A stretch of DNA of 64,000 nt, taken from contig CALKFF010000041.1 of NCBI GenBank assembly GCA_938084585.1, positions 20,720 through 84,719 on the forward strand. Direction: 5' to 3'. The notes under the pieces were generated by a model. That model was not told the origin of the DNA, ran no database searches, and saw only the letters and a program-made list of their open reading frames with translations. Source of the DNA: an uncultured Flavobacteriales bacterium (GTDB lineage Bacteria > Bacteroidota > Bacteroidia > Flavobacteriales_D > Sanyastnellaceae). Shown here piece by piece: positions 25,881 through 34,609 of this stretch; the first letter of the stretch is position 1, and every line of letters begins with the position of its first letter. The translations under genes were made by a program, and so were the position numbers.

Positions 25881-27347
25881 TCAGGTGCGCTCAGATATGA
25901 ACCAGAGTCCACAGGCTGTCAACAACCCGTTGACAGGGAGCAACGCAAACCCAAAGCTGAAGTCCACCCACGTGGTCAGCGCTTGCTCCAGGCCGTACCC
26001 CACGACGGGTGCGAGCACACAGGCCCATGGAATCCATCGCTCGCGCGGTTGAAGCAATGTGAACATGCCCACCCCGAAGAGGCCCAACAGCGGGCCGTAG
26101 GTGTAATTGGCCACAGTGAACAGGGCCGCCACCACCGAGGTGTCGTTGACCGCGTTGAACGCCACGATGACCAGCCAAAGCAGGACCGCCAGCCCCAAGT
26201 GCACCCGTTTCCGGATGCGGGAAGCCTCCTCGGACGTTTTGGAGGGGGTGTCGATGAGGTCGATGCACGTGGAGGTGGTCAGGGCGGTGAGGGCAGAATC
26301 GGCCGAGCTGAAGGCCGACGCCAACAGCCCCACCAAAAAGGCCACCCCCAAGGCAGGCCCCAACGATCCGCCCAGCGCAACAAGGGGGTACAACTTGTCG
26401 GTGGCCTCAGGAAGGGCCATGTCGATGCGGCCTGCATGCATCCAAAGCAGCGCGCCCATGCTGAGGAACAGCAGGTTGGCGGCCACCAAGATGACGGTGA
26501 ACGCCCACATGTTCTTTTGGGCGTCGCGCAACGAGCGGCACGCCAAATTCTTTTGCATCATGTCCTGATCCAGTCCAGTCATGGCGACCGTCACGAACAT
26601 CCCTGCCAAGATGTGCTTGAGCCAATGGTTGCTCGCCCTCCAATCGTCGGTGACCCAAATTTGGGTCAGGCCGGTGTCGGCCAATGCCGAAGGCAAGTCC
26701 AACCAGCCTTGACCTCCGGCGTGCAAGATGCCGCCGACGGTCATGACCACCGCCAAGAGCATGCAGGCGGTTTGAAGGGTGTCCGTCCAAATCACGGTGC
26801 CCATGCCGCTTCGGCGTGTGTAGGCGTAGATGACCGCCAAGATGGCGGCCGTGGTGCCTGCAAACCACGAACCCGGAACATCGCCCCCGGCCAAGGGTTC
26901 CAGCACGAGAACTTCGAGGACCAAGGCCACCAGAAACAGCCTGAACGACGCGCCGACCACCCGGCTCAGCAGGAAAAATGCCGACCCTGTTTTGCGGGCT
27001 TCTGTCCCGAACCGCTTCCCCAAAAAACTGTAGATGCTGGTCAGTCCCATCTTGTAGTACAAGGGCAACAAGACAGTCGCAACAATCAGGTAGCCAATGC
27101 AGTAGCCAAACACCATTTGCATGTACGTCCATTCCTGGTCGCGCACCCATCCCGGGATGCTCAAGAACGTCACTCCCGAGAGGGAGGCGCCGACCATGCC
27201 AAACGCCACCAGGGGCCAAGGGGCACTTTTTTTGGCCACAAAGAAGACGTCTTCCTCGGAACCGGCCCGTCGAGTTGACCAACGAGACACGGCCAACAAC
27301 ACGCCGACATAGGCGAGGGAAATGCAAAGCGCGAGGGTGGGGGTCAT
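25881..27347 (-). CDS. sodium:solute symporter family (SSF) transporter
   Basis: 488 aa with about 13 TM helices and an SSF-type N-terminal region. Substrate unknown. Confidence 0.8.
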   Translation of the reverse strand: MTPTLALCISLAYVGVLLAVSRWSTRRAGSEEDVFFVAKKSAPWPLVAFGMVGASLSGVTFLSIPGWVRDQEWTYMQMVFGYCIGYLIVATVLLPLYYKMGLTSIYSFLGKRFGTEARKTGSAFFLLSRVVGASFRLFLVALVLEVLVLEPLAGGDVPGSWFAGTTAAILAVIYAYTRRSGMGTVIWTDTLQTACMLLAVVMTVGGILHAGGQGWLDLPSALADTGLTQIWVTDDWRASNHWLKHILAGMFVTVAMTGLDQDMMQKNLACRSLRDAQKNMWAFTVILVAANLLFLSMGALLWMHAGRIDMALPEATDKLYPLVALGGSLGPALGVAFLVGLLASAFSSADSALTALTTSTCIDLIDTPSKTSEEASRIRKRVHLGLAVLLWLVIVAFNAVNDTSVVAALFTVANYTYGPLLGLFGVGMFTLLQPRERWIPWACVLAPVVGYGLEQALTTWVDFSFGFALLPVNGLLTACGLWFISERT

Positions 27348-27352
27348 GGCGC

Positions 27353-27360
27353 CAAATGTA
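27353..27360 (-). promoter_or_regulatory. -7 promoter box TACATTTG for the SSF gene
   Basis: Perfect TAnnTTTG only 5 nt before ATG 27347 (leaderless configuration). Confidence 0.35.
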
Positions 27361-27370
27361 ACTTCGCACC

Positions 27371-27976
27371 ATGCAATTGCCCTCGAGGTTGATCGAATCC
27401 GCCGTGGACCAAATGGCGAGCCTTCCGGGCATTGGACGACGCACTGCGTTGCGCCTCGTGCTTCACATGTTGGCCCGCGACGAAGAGCGTGTGAGCGACT
27501 TTGCCGAGAGCATGGTGGCGATGCGCCAGGGCGTCAAGCCTTGCACCACGTGCCACAACCCCACTGAAGACGGGGTGTGCAACATTTGCGCCAACCCCCA
27601 CCGCGACAGCTCGACGCTGTGCGTGGTGGAGGACATCCGTGACCTCTTGGCCTTGGAGTCGGTCGGAGAGTACCGCGGTTTGTACCACATCTTGGGCGGC
27701 GTGATCAGCCCCATGGATGGGGTGGGGCCGGTCGACCTGACGGTGGAATCGTTGGTCACTCGGGTGCAGTCGACCGAGGTGAAGGAGGTCATTTTGGCCT
27801 TGCCGGCTTCGATGGAAGGGGACACGACCGCGTTCTACCTGGCCAAACGCATCCAGGCCCACGACATTTTGCTCACCACCATTGCGCGCGGTGTGTCCGT
27901 GGGGGAAGCGTTGCAGTACGCCGACGAGGCGACGTTGTCCAGCTCGTTGTTGAACCGCTTGCCCTACAAAGGATGA
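27371..27976 (+). CDS. recR: recombination protein RecR
   Basis: 201 aa. HhH N-terminus (LPGIGRRTALRL), C4 zinc finger CTTCHNPTEDGVCNIC, and a Toprim domain. Confidence 0.95.
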   Translation: MQLPSRLIESAVDQMASLPGIGRRTALRLVLHMLARDEERVSDFAESMVAMRQGVKPCTTCHNPTEDGVCNICANPHRDSSTLCVVEDIRDLLALESVGEYRGLYHILGGVISPMDGVGPVDLTVESLVTRVQSTEVKEVILALPASMEGDTTAFYLAKRIQAHDILLTTIARGVSVGEALQYADEATLSSSLLNRLPYKG

Positions 27977-29916
27977 CCGACCTGAGCGTCGTGATTGTCA
28001 GCTACAACGTTCGGGCGTTCCTCGAGCAATGTTTGGTGTCCGTGGAACGGGCCGCCAAAGGGCTTGACGTGGAAGTGTGGGTGGTGGACAACAAGAGTGT
28101 TGACGGCTCGGTGGACATGGTCAAGCGCCGATTCCCCTGGGTCAAGCTCATTGCCAACGAAGACAACGTGGGGTTCTCCGTGGCCAACAACCAGGCCATT
28201 CGAAAGTCTTCTGGCAAGCACGTGCTTCTGCTGAATCCTGACACGGTGGTGCGGGAGGACACCTTCGCCAAAGGCCTCGAGCACATGGAGGCCCACCCCA
28301 ACGTCGGGGGCATGGGGGTGCCGATGTACGACGGGACGGGGCAGTACCTCCCAGAGTCCAAGCGCGGCTTGCCCACACCTTGGGTGGCGTTCTGCCGGAT
28401 GGCTGGGCTGCACCGCTTCGCACCCACATCAGAGAAATTCAACGCCTACTACGCCGGCCACCTCGGGGAGCACGACACAGGACCCGTCGACATCCTCGCT
28501 GGCGCCTACATGTGGATGCGCAAGGAGGCCCTGGATGAGGTGGGCTTGCTTGACGAGCAATTCTTCATGTACGGGGAAGACATCGACTTGAGCTGGCGTT
28601 TGGTCCTCGGTGGATGGGAAAACCATTACTGCGCAAACACAAGCATCATCCACTACAAGGGTGAAAGCACGAAAAAAGGAAGCCTGAACTACGTCATGGT
28701 GTTTTACAACGCCATGCTGTTGTTCGCGGCCAAACACTACGAAGGCCGTCAAGCGCGGGCGTTTTCATGGATGATTCGGGTGGCCATTTATGGACGCGCC
28801 GCGTTGGCGGTGGTGCGTCGCGTGCTTTCCAGGTGGGGAGATTTGATTCGTGTGGCTGTGCTGACGCTCGTGGCGTTTGGCGCATGGCTTTGGGCCCTGG
28901 ACGGCTTGGGAGAACGCCAATTCACTTGGTCCGACGTCCTGTGGCAAGGGGGCTTGCTGTGGGCCCTCCAAACTGCTGCGCTGACGATGTTCGGCGGACA
29001 TGCGGAGCCAAGCCGCTTGCATTCGCGGTTCCGTCCGTGGTCGGCCTGGGTGGCCGCCTCTTCGTTGACCATCATCGTGTACAGCCTGTGGCCTGAAGGG
29101 TGGAGGTTCAGCCGCTCGGGTGTCTTGGGGCTCGTCCTTTTTCAGGGCGCCATTCATGCTGCTGTGGCCCACCGGCGTTGGAAGCGCTCGGGCAACCCCA
29201 GGATGATTCGCCGCGTGTTGGTGGCGGCCCAGGATTTGCCTGCGGTGGTGGATTTGCTGCGCAAAACGGAGGGGGTCCAACAAAAGCAACAGGCCCATGC
29301 GTTGTGGGCGCACGAGACCCTCGGTCCAGACGTGGTGCGACCGTCCATTCAGGCCATTCCATGGGTGGGCACGGTGCGCGACTTGTCCGACGCCCTGCAG
29401 ATTCACAACGTGCAAGAGGTGGTGTTCAGTGGGAGAGATATCAAGGCCGACCACATTGTGAAGGCGCTGCCTGAGCTCGGCAAACGAGGCGTGCATTGCC
29501 GCATCGCATGGACGGATGCGGGAGATTTGATGGCCAGCGGAGGTGCGGCACGCCCGTCGTTCGTGGATTTTCAGCGTGGCTTGCACCGCCCTGAAATGGC
29601 CTTGGCCAAGCGCCGTTTTGACGTGACGTCCGCTGCGTTGCTGGTGTTGCTCGCTCCTGGGCTGGCGATGCTTGGACGCGCTGCCTGGGTGGGGCAGGCA
29701 TGGCATGTGCTGTGGGGTTCCAAGACGTGGGTCAGTCCGGGTTCTTTGGACATGGAAAAGCCCCATGTGCTTGATTTGAAGGACGGTTTGGGGGACCGCG
29801 CGGCGCAACGAAAATCCTTCACGCACACCCAGGACTACCATTGGAAAAAGGACCTTTCGGTGGTCGTGGATGCCCTATTTTCGCGTCGAGCAATTATCTC
29901 TCATGGCCATCATTGA
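27973..29916 (+). CDS. family-2 glycosyltransferase fused to a polyprenyl-phosphate glycosyl-phosphotransferase-like membrane/CoA-binding-like scaffold that lacks the catalytic domain
   Basis: ATGA overlap with recR. N-terminal GT2 (VVIVSYNVRAFLEQCL, VVDNKSVDGS, YGEDIDLSWR). The C-terminal half has TM helices, a Rossmann-like segment (RRVLVAAQDL ... VQEVVFSG) and the KRRFDVTSAALLVLLAPGLAML entry helix of Bac_transf. No GPVxFxQxRxG / KFRTM catalytic core follows. Confidence 0.7.
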   Translation: MTDLSVVIVSYNVRAFLEQCLVSVERAAKGLDVEVWVVDNKSVDGSVDMVKRRFPWVKLIANEDNVGFSVANNQAIRKSSGKHVLLLNPDTVVREDTFAKGLEHMEAHPNVGGMGVPMYDGTGQYLPESKRGLPTPWVAFCRMAGLHRFAPTSEKFNAYYAGHLGEHDTGPVDILAGAYMWMRKEALDEVGLLDEQFFMYGEDIDLSWRLVLGGWENHYCANTSIIHYKGESTKKGSLNYVMVFYNAMLLFAAKHYEGRQARAFSWMIRVAIYGRAALAVVRRVLSRWGDLIRVAVLTLVAFGAWLWALDGLGERQFTWSDVLWQGGLLWALQTAALTMFGGHAEPSRLHSRFRPWSAWVAASSLTIIVYSLWPEGWRFSRSGVLGLVLFQGAIHAAVAHRRWKRSGNPRMIRRVLVAAQDLPAVVDLLRKTEGVQQKQQAHALWAHETLGPDVVRPSIQAIPWVGTVRDLSDALQIHNVQEVVFSGRDIKADHIVKALPELGKRGVHCRIAWTDAGDLMASGGAARPSFVDFQRGLHRPEMALAKRRFDVTSAALLVLLAPGLAMLGRAAWVGQAWHVLWGSKTWVSPGSLDMEKPHVLDLKDGLGDRAAQRKSFTHTQDYHWKKDLSVVVDALFSRRAIISHGHH

Positions 29917-31234
29917 CATTCTCCTGCCCAAGATGGGCGAAAGTGTGGCGGAAGCCACCATCACCAAACTTGTCGTGGATGCCGGCTCCGAAGTGGAGGC
30001 CGACGACCCCATCGTCGAAATTGCGACGGACAAGGTGGACTCTGAGGTCCCTGCCCCTGAAGATGGCACGTTGGTGGAGTGGTGTGTGGCCGAGGGAGAC
30101 GTGGTTCAAGTGGGGGCTGTGATTGCCCGTTACGATGTGGGTGGCGAAGGGGCTGACACGGCCACTGCACCGGCTGCTGCCGCCGCTCCAGCACCTGCGC
30201 CTGCCGAAGCGATTGCGCCGTCTGCGGCCGTCGTGGATGAGGTGATGGCGCCTCTGGAAGGCGGTCCCGCCAGAAAGGGACCCTCTGGCCGTTTTTACTC
30301 GCCGTTGGTGCGCAGCATCGCCGAGAAAGAAGGCATTTCCATGGCCGAGCTCGAGTCCATTCCTGGCACGGGTGCTGAAGGCCGGGTGACCAAGAAAGAC
30401 ATCCTCTCGTTCGTCAAAGGGCGCGGCCAGGCCGCACCGAAGGCCACTCCGGCGCCCACGCCGGCTCTGGCTCCTGCGCCTGTGGCCAAGGCGGCTCCAG
30501 TTGCGACCAGCGTGGACGGGGCGTACGACATTGTGGAAATGGACCGGATGCGCAAGATGATTGCGGACCACATGGTGCGCAGCGTCCAAACCAGTCCCCA
30601 CGTCACCTCGTTTGTGGAAGCCGATGTGACCAACTTGGTCCAATGGCGCAACGCCAACAAAAAGGCGTTCCAAGAGAAATACGGGGAGAAGCTCACGTTC
30701 ACCCCGCTCATCGCTGAAGCCATTGTCAAGGCGATCCGCGATTTCCCAGGCATCAACGCCAGTGTGGACGGAGACCGAATCTTGATCCACAAGAACATCC
30801 ACCTCGGCATGGCCGCCGCGTTGCCCTCGGGCAACTTGATTGTGCCTGTGATCAAGCACGCCGACCAGTACAACTTGCAAGGGCTTGCGCGTCAAGTGAA
30901 CGACCTCGCGGCACGCGCGCGTGCAGGGAAGTTGACCCCGGACGACATCGCCGGCGGCACCTACACCATGAGCAACGTGGGAACCTTTGGCAACGTGATG
31001 GGCACGCCCATCATCAACCAGCCGCAGGTGGGCATTTTGGCCTTGGGTGCCATTCGCAAGCGTCCTGCGGTCTTGGAGACAGAGCAAGGCGACGTCATCG
31101 CCGTGCGAAGCATGATGTTCCTCAGCCACAGCTACGACCACCGCGTGGTGGACGGCATGCTTGGAGGCAGCTTTGTGCGCCGTGTGGCCGACTACTTGGA
31201 AGGGTTCGACCCCAACCGTCCGATCGAGGGCTGA
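29903..31234 (+). CDS. 2-oxo acid dehydrogenase E2 component (dihydrolipoyllysine-residue acyltransferase)
   Basis: Start at ATG 29903 (MAIIDILLPKMGESVAEATI). Lipoyl-lysine TDKV. Ala/Pro linkers. Subunit-binding domain (YSPLVRSIAEKEGI). Catalytic SYDHRVVDG. No E1 or E3 gene adjacent. Confidence 0.9.
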   Translation: MAIIDILLPKMGESVAEATITKLVVDAGSEVEADDPIVEIATDKVDSEVPAPEDGTLVEWCVAEGDVVQVGAVIARYDVGGEGADTATAPAAAAAPAPAPAEAIAPSAAVVDEVMAPLEGGPARKGPSGRFYSPLVRSIAEKEGISMAELESIPGTGAEGRVTKKDILSFVKGRGQAAPKATPAPTPALAPAPVAKAAPVATSVDGAYDIVEMDRMRKMIADHMVRSVQTSPHVTSFVEADVTNLVQWRNANKKAFQEKYGEKLTFTPLIAEAIVKAIRDFPGINASVDGDRILIHKNIHLGMAAALPSGNLIVPVIKHADQYNLQGLARQVNDLAARARAGKLTPDDIAGGTYTMSNVGTFGNVMGTPIINQPQVGILALGAIRKRPAVLETEQGDVIAVRSMMFLSHSYDHRVVDGMLGGSFVRRVADYLEGFDPNRPIEG

Positions 31235-31254
31235 TTCCCCTAGCTTAGAGCGTC

Positions 31255-32094
31255 ATGATGGAATTGGTGAAGAAGCTACACTTGAAGCGGCCATTGGTGT
31301 TTTTTGACCTTGAGACGACTGGGACCAAGGTGGGGGTGGATCGGATCGTGGAGATGGCCATGGTCAAACTCATGCCCGACGGCACGGTGATCAAGAAGCC
31401 TGAGGCTCCTGGCAAGGAACACCGCATTTTGGTCAATCCGGAAATGCCCATTCCGCTTGAGAGCAGCTTGGTGCATGGCGTGTACGACGAGGATGTCGCC
31501 GACGCTCCGACGTTTGGCCGCATTGCCCCGGGGCTGCTCAAGTGGCTACATGGTTGCGATTTGGGCGGCTTCAACAGCAACCGATTCGACGTGCCCATGT
31601 TGGCCGAGGAATTCTTGCGTGTGGGCATCGACTTTGGATTGGAGGGGCGGCACTTGGTTGACGTCCAAAACATCTTCCACAAAATGGAGCAGCGCACCCT
31701 GCGTGCGGCCTACGATTTCTACTGCGGCAAAGCATTGGAAGGCGCGCACGAAGCGCTTCCTGACACGCTCGCGACGGTGGACGTGTTCTTGGCGCAATTG
31801 GAACGGTACAAAGACCACACGGTCCTCAACAGCCGCGGCGAGACGGTTGGGCCTGTGCCTTCGGAGGTGGAAGCCTTGGCGGAATTCTGCCGAATGCGCA
31901 ACAACGCCGACCTCATGGGACGCCTGGTGTACGACGACGATGGAGAGGTGGTGTTCCAGTTTGGCAAGCACACCGGCAAGCGCGTCAAAGATGTACTTGC
32001 CAAGGACCCCGGTTATTTCGGCTGGATGATGCAGGGGGATTTCCCTCGTTACACCAAGCGTGTTCTCCAAAAGGTGAAAGACGGCGAGCTGTGA
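31255..32094 (+). CDS. DEDDh 3'-5' exonuclease (DnaQ-like) with a DUF3820-like C-terminal domain
   Basis: FFDLETTG (Exo I), GFNSNRFDVPML (Exo II), HEALPDT (Exo III). The C-terminal FGKHTGKRVKDVLAKDPGYFGWMMQGDFPRYTK resembles DUF3820 as I remember it. Confidence 0.8.
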   Translation: MMELVKKLHLKRPLVFFDLETTGTKVGVDRIVEMAMVKLMPDGTVIKKPEAPGKEHRILVNPEMPIPLESSLVHGVYDEDVADAPTFGRIAPGLLKWLHGCDLGGFNSNRFDVPMLAEEFLRVGIDFGLEGRHLVDVQNIFHKMEQRTLRAAYDFYCGKALEGAHEALPDTLATVDVFLAQLERYKDHTVLNSRGETVGPVPSEVEALAEFCRMRNNADLMGRLVYDDDGEVVFQFGKHTGKRVKDVLAKDPGYFGWMMQGDFPRYTKRVLQKVKDGEL

Positions 32095-33242
32095 CGGCCC
32101 GCAAACGGGTGGCCGTCTGGGTCTCCAACGACTTGAATTTTGACCAGCGGGTGGCCAAGACGTGCCAAACGTTGAAGGACGCAGGCTGGGACCCGCACCT
32201 CGTGGGACGCAACATGCCCAACTCAGTGCCTTATGCAGGCCCATTCTCCGCAGAAAGGCTGTCGTTGGGCGCCCAAGGTGGCGTCCGTTTCTATGCCCAA
32301 TTGCAAGTCGCCTTGTGGCGATGGATCCAGGCCCATGGAAGGGGATTTGACGCCATTTGGTGCAACGACTTGGACACCTTGGCCCCCGCGGTGGCGTGGG
32401 GCAAGTTGCCCGTCATGTACGACAGCCACGAGTACTTCACCGAGGCGGCCGGGCTGACGGGGCACCCGTTCAAGAAGGCCGTGTGGCGCCTCCTGGAGCG
32501 TTGGGCCTTTCGGAAGCTGCCTTGCATGATCACCGTCAACGACAGCATCGCGGGAGCCTACCGCACTGCGTACGGAATCGACGTGCGCGTGGTGCGCAAC
32601 ATGCCCCGACGTCAGCCCAGGCCCATGGTGGAGGGCCGGCAAGCGTTTTTGGAACACGGGGTCCCCGTGGACTTGCCCATTGCCTTGATGCAGGGTGCGT
32701 ACATGGACCGGGACCGTGGGGCTGCCGAGGCGGTGTCGGCGCTTCCTGACATGAAAGGGGTGCGGCTCGTGCTCGTCGGCGCCGGGGTTGAGTGGGAAGA
32801 GGCGCGCGCGGCCATGGACCATCCGCGTTTTGAGGGCCGGCTTCACTGCATCCCCAAGCTTCCCTTTGAAAAGTTGCGCTTGCTGACCGCGAGCGCCGAT
32901 GTGGGGCTGAGTCTGGACAAGGCGGGCCACGGGAATTACGAGATGAGTTTGCCCAACAAGCTCTTCGATTTCATGCACGCGGGCCTTCCCATGGTCGTGA
33001 CTGCCCGGAAAGAAGTGGCGGCCATTGTGTGCGCCCACGGCTTGGGGGAGGTTGTGGAGGAGGCGACTCCGGCCGCACTGCGAGAAGCGGTGCAGGCTGT
33101 CCTGGCGAAGGACAAAGCCTCTTGGTCCCAGGCCTTGCAATTGGCCAGCGACCAGTTTCACTGGGGCGTGGACGAGCCTCAGATTCTGGCCACGGTGGAC
33201 ACTTGCTTGAACGCCCATTTGGCCACCAGCCACAGGGGCTGA
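32091..33242 (+). CDS. glycosyltransferase family 4 (GT-B, GT1/RfaG-like)
   Basis: 383 aa from GTG 32091 (GTGA overlap with the exonuclease stop). GT-B C-terminal region contains LPNKLFDFMHAGLPMV (an E/N-x7-E-like motif region). Confidence 0.75.
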   Translation: MTARKRVAVWVSNDLNFDQRVAKTCQTLKDAGWDPHLVGRNMPNSVPYAGPFSAERLSLGAQGGVRFYAQLQVALWRWIQAHGRGFDAIWCNDLDTLAPAVAWGKLPVMYDSHEYFTEAAGLTGHPFKKAVWRLLERWAFRKLPCMITVNDSIAGAYRTAYGIDVRVVRNMPRRQPRPMVEGRQAFLEHGVPVDLPIALMQGAYMDRDRGAAEAVSALPDMKGVRLVLVGAGVEWEEARAAMDHPRFEGRLHCIPKLPFEKLRLLTASADVGLSLDKAGHGNYEMSLPNKLFDFMHAGLPMVVTARKEVAAIVCAHGLGEVVEEATPAALREAVQAVLAKDKASWSQALQLASDQFHWGVDEPQILATVDTCLNAHLATSHRG

Positions 33243-33934
33243 GCCCAACGCCGAGGACCCCGAAGTCGTGCCTTTTTCATACGCCACTCTTCCTGGTACA
33301 AGACGGCATTGAACTTCCTGGACAACCCAGCTGGCGCGACATGACACAGGGTGCGCTCGGAATGGCAAGTGACAAGGTGCCCTTTGTTTCGCCATTCAAG
33401 CATTTGGGCATAGTCACCCAGGATGTTCAAGGAGGTGTCGAAGGGGTGACGCTCCAGCCAGACCTTGGGGGCCACCAAACCTTGGTGGTGCATGGTGTTT
33501 CTCCAAGTCAGCGCCTCGCCCCAATCGGGTTCAAACCGTGCGGGCACCCCCGCTTCCACGGGGGGCAAGGGGGCGACTGGCCAGGCGTGCGCCTTGGGCG
33601 AGGGGTCTGCGGTCAAGACGTCCATGGCGTGCGCCAGGCCTTCTGCGTCGGGGATGTCCCCAGCCCCAACCACCCACACGTGGCTTCCTGAGGCGCAAGC
33701 CATGCCCAGGTTCATCGCGTCGTACACCCCGCGGTCAGGCCTGGAAGACACATGGCGCAACAGGTCGACGTGCGCCGACAAGACGTCCAAAGTGTGGTCG
33801 CTGGAGGCGCCGTCGGACACGACGACGTCGAGCCTGTCTTTCAGTTCTGTGGGAAGCGAGGCGAACGCCGCCAGGGTGACTGAGAGGGCCTCCGCGTCGT
33901 TCCAAGTTGGAATCAGGACCGTGAGGTCACACAT
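33179..33934 (-). CDS. glycosyltransferase family 2
   Basis: Start at ATG 33934 ([17 protein letters not shown]), VVSDGASSDHT, DAMNLG. The 3' end overlaps the convergent GT4 gene by 64 nt. Confidence 0.75.
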   Translation of the reverse strand: MCDLTVLIPTWNDAEALSVTLAAFASLPTELKDRLDVVVSDGASSDHTLDVLSAHVDLLRHVSSRPDRGVYDAMNLGMACASGSHVWVVGAGDIPDAEGLAHAMDVLTADPSPKAHAWPVAPLPPVEAGVPARFEPDWGEALTWRNTMHHQGLVAPKVWLERHPFDTSLNILGDYAQMLEWRNKGHLVTCHSERTLCHVAPAGLSRKFNAVLYQEEWRMKKARLRGPRRWAQPLWLVAKWAFKQVSTVARI

Positions 33935-34607
33935 GTTGGTCGTGGACAACGCCGTCTTGACATCTCCAAACACGCCCTGGACGCTGGTTCATGGAAGCCC
34001 AGTCGTGGGTGGCCATGACCAACGATTTTCCTTGGCCAGGAAGCGCATGAAGCAAATTCAAAATGTCTTCCGTGGTGTCGGGATCCAAGTTGCCTGTTGG
34101 CTCGTCGGCCAGCAAGAGGGGCGGATCGTTGAGCAAGGCCCGTGCGATCGCCACCCGTTGCTGCTCTCCGCCGCTCAACTCGTAAGGCAACTTGTAGCCC
34201 TTGTGCTCGAGCCCCACCGCGGTCAGGACTTCTTCGATGCGTCGACGTTTGGCCTTGCTGTCCGTCCACCCTGTGGCATTCAGCGCAAACAACAAATTGT
34301 CGTCGACGCTTCGGTCTTCCAACAGCCCAAAATCCTGGAACACCATGCCCAGTTTGCGGCGCAGGACATGGACGTTGCGGGGGGTGACCATCTTCAAGTC
34401 CACGTCGCACACCCGGCATTCACCGGAGCTCAGGGACAAATCCCCGTAAAGCGTCCTCAGAAGGCTGGACTTGCCACTGCCTGTTCGGCCCACGAGGTAG
34501 ACCAATTCACCGGGGCGCACTTCGAGGTGAATGTCCGACAACACGACATGTTCGTGGTGCCGGACATCCAATCCGGAGAGTTGAATCAAGGGTGCCCCGT
34601 GGTCCAC
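33927..34607 (-). CDS. ftsE: cell division ATP-binding protein FtsE (ABC ATPase)
   Basis: 226 aa from GTG 34607. Walker [10 protein letters not shown], signature LSGGEQQR, Walker [13 protein letters not shown]. No ftsX in the window. Confidence 0.8.
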   Translation of the reverse strand: MDHGAPLIQLSGLDVRHHEHVVLSDIHLEVRPGELVYLVGRTGSGKSSLLRTLYGDLSLSSGECRVCDVDLKMVTPRNVHVLRRKLGMVFQDFGLLEDRSVDDNLLFALNATGWTDSKAKRRRIEEVLTAVGLEHKGYKLPYELSGGEQQRVAIARALLNDPPLLLADEPTGNLDPDTTEDILNLLHALPGQGKSLVMATHDWASMNQRPGRVWRCQDGVVHDQHV

Positions 34608-34609
34608 GT

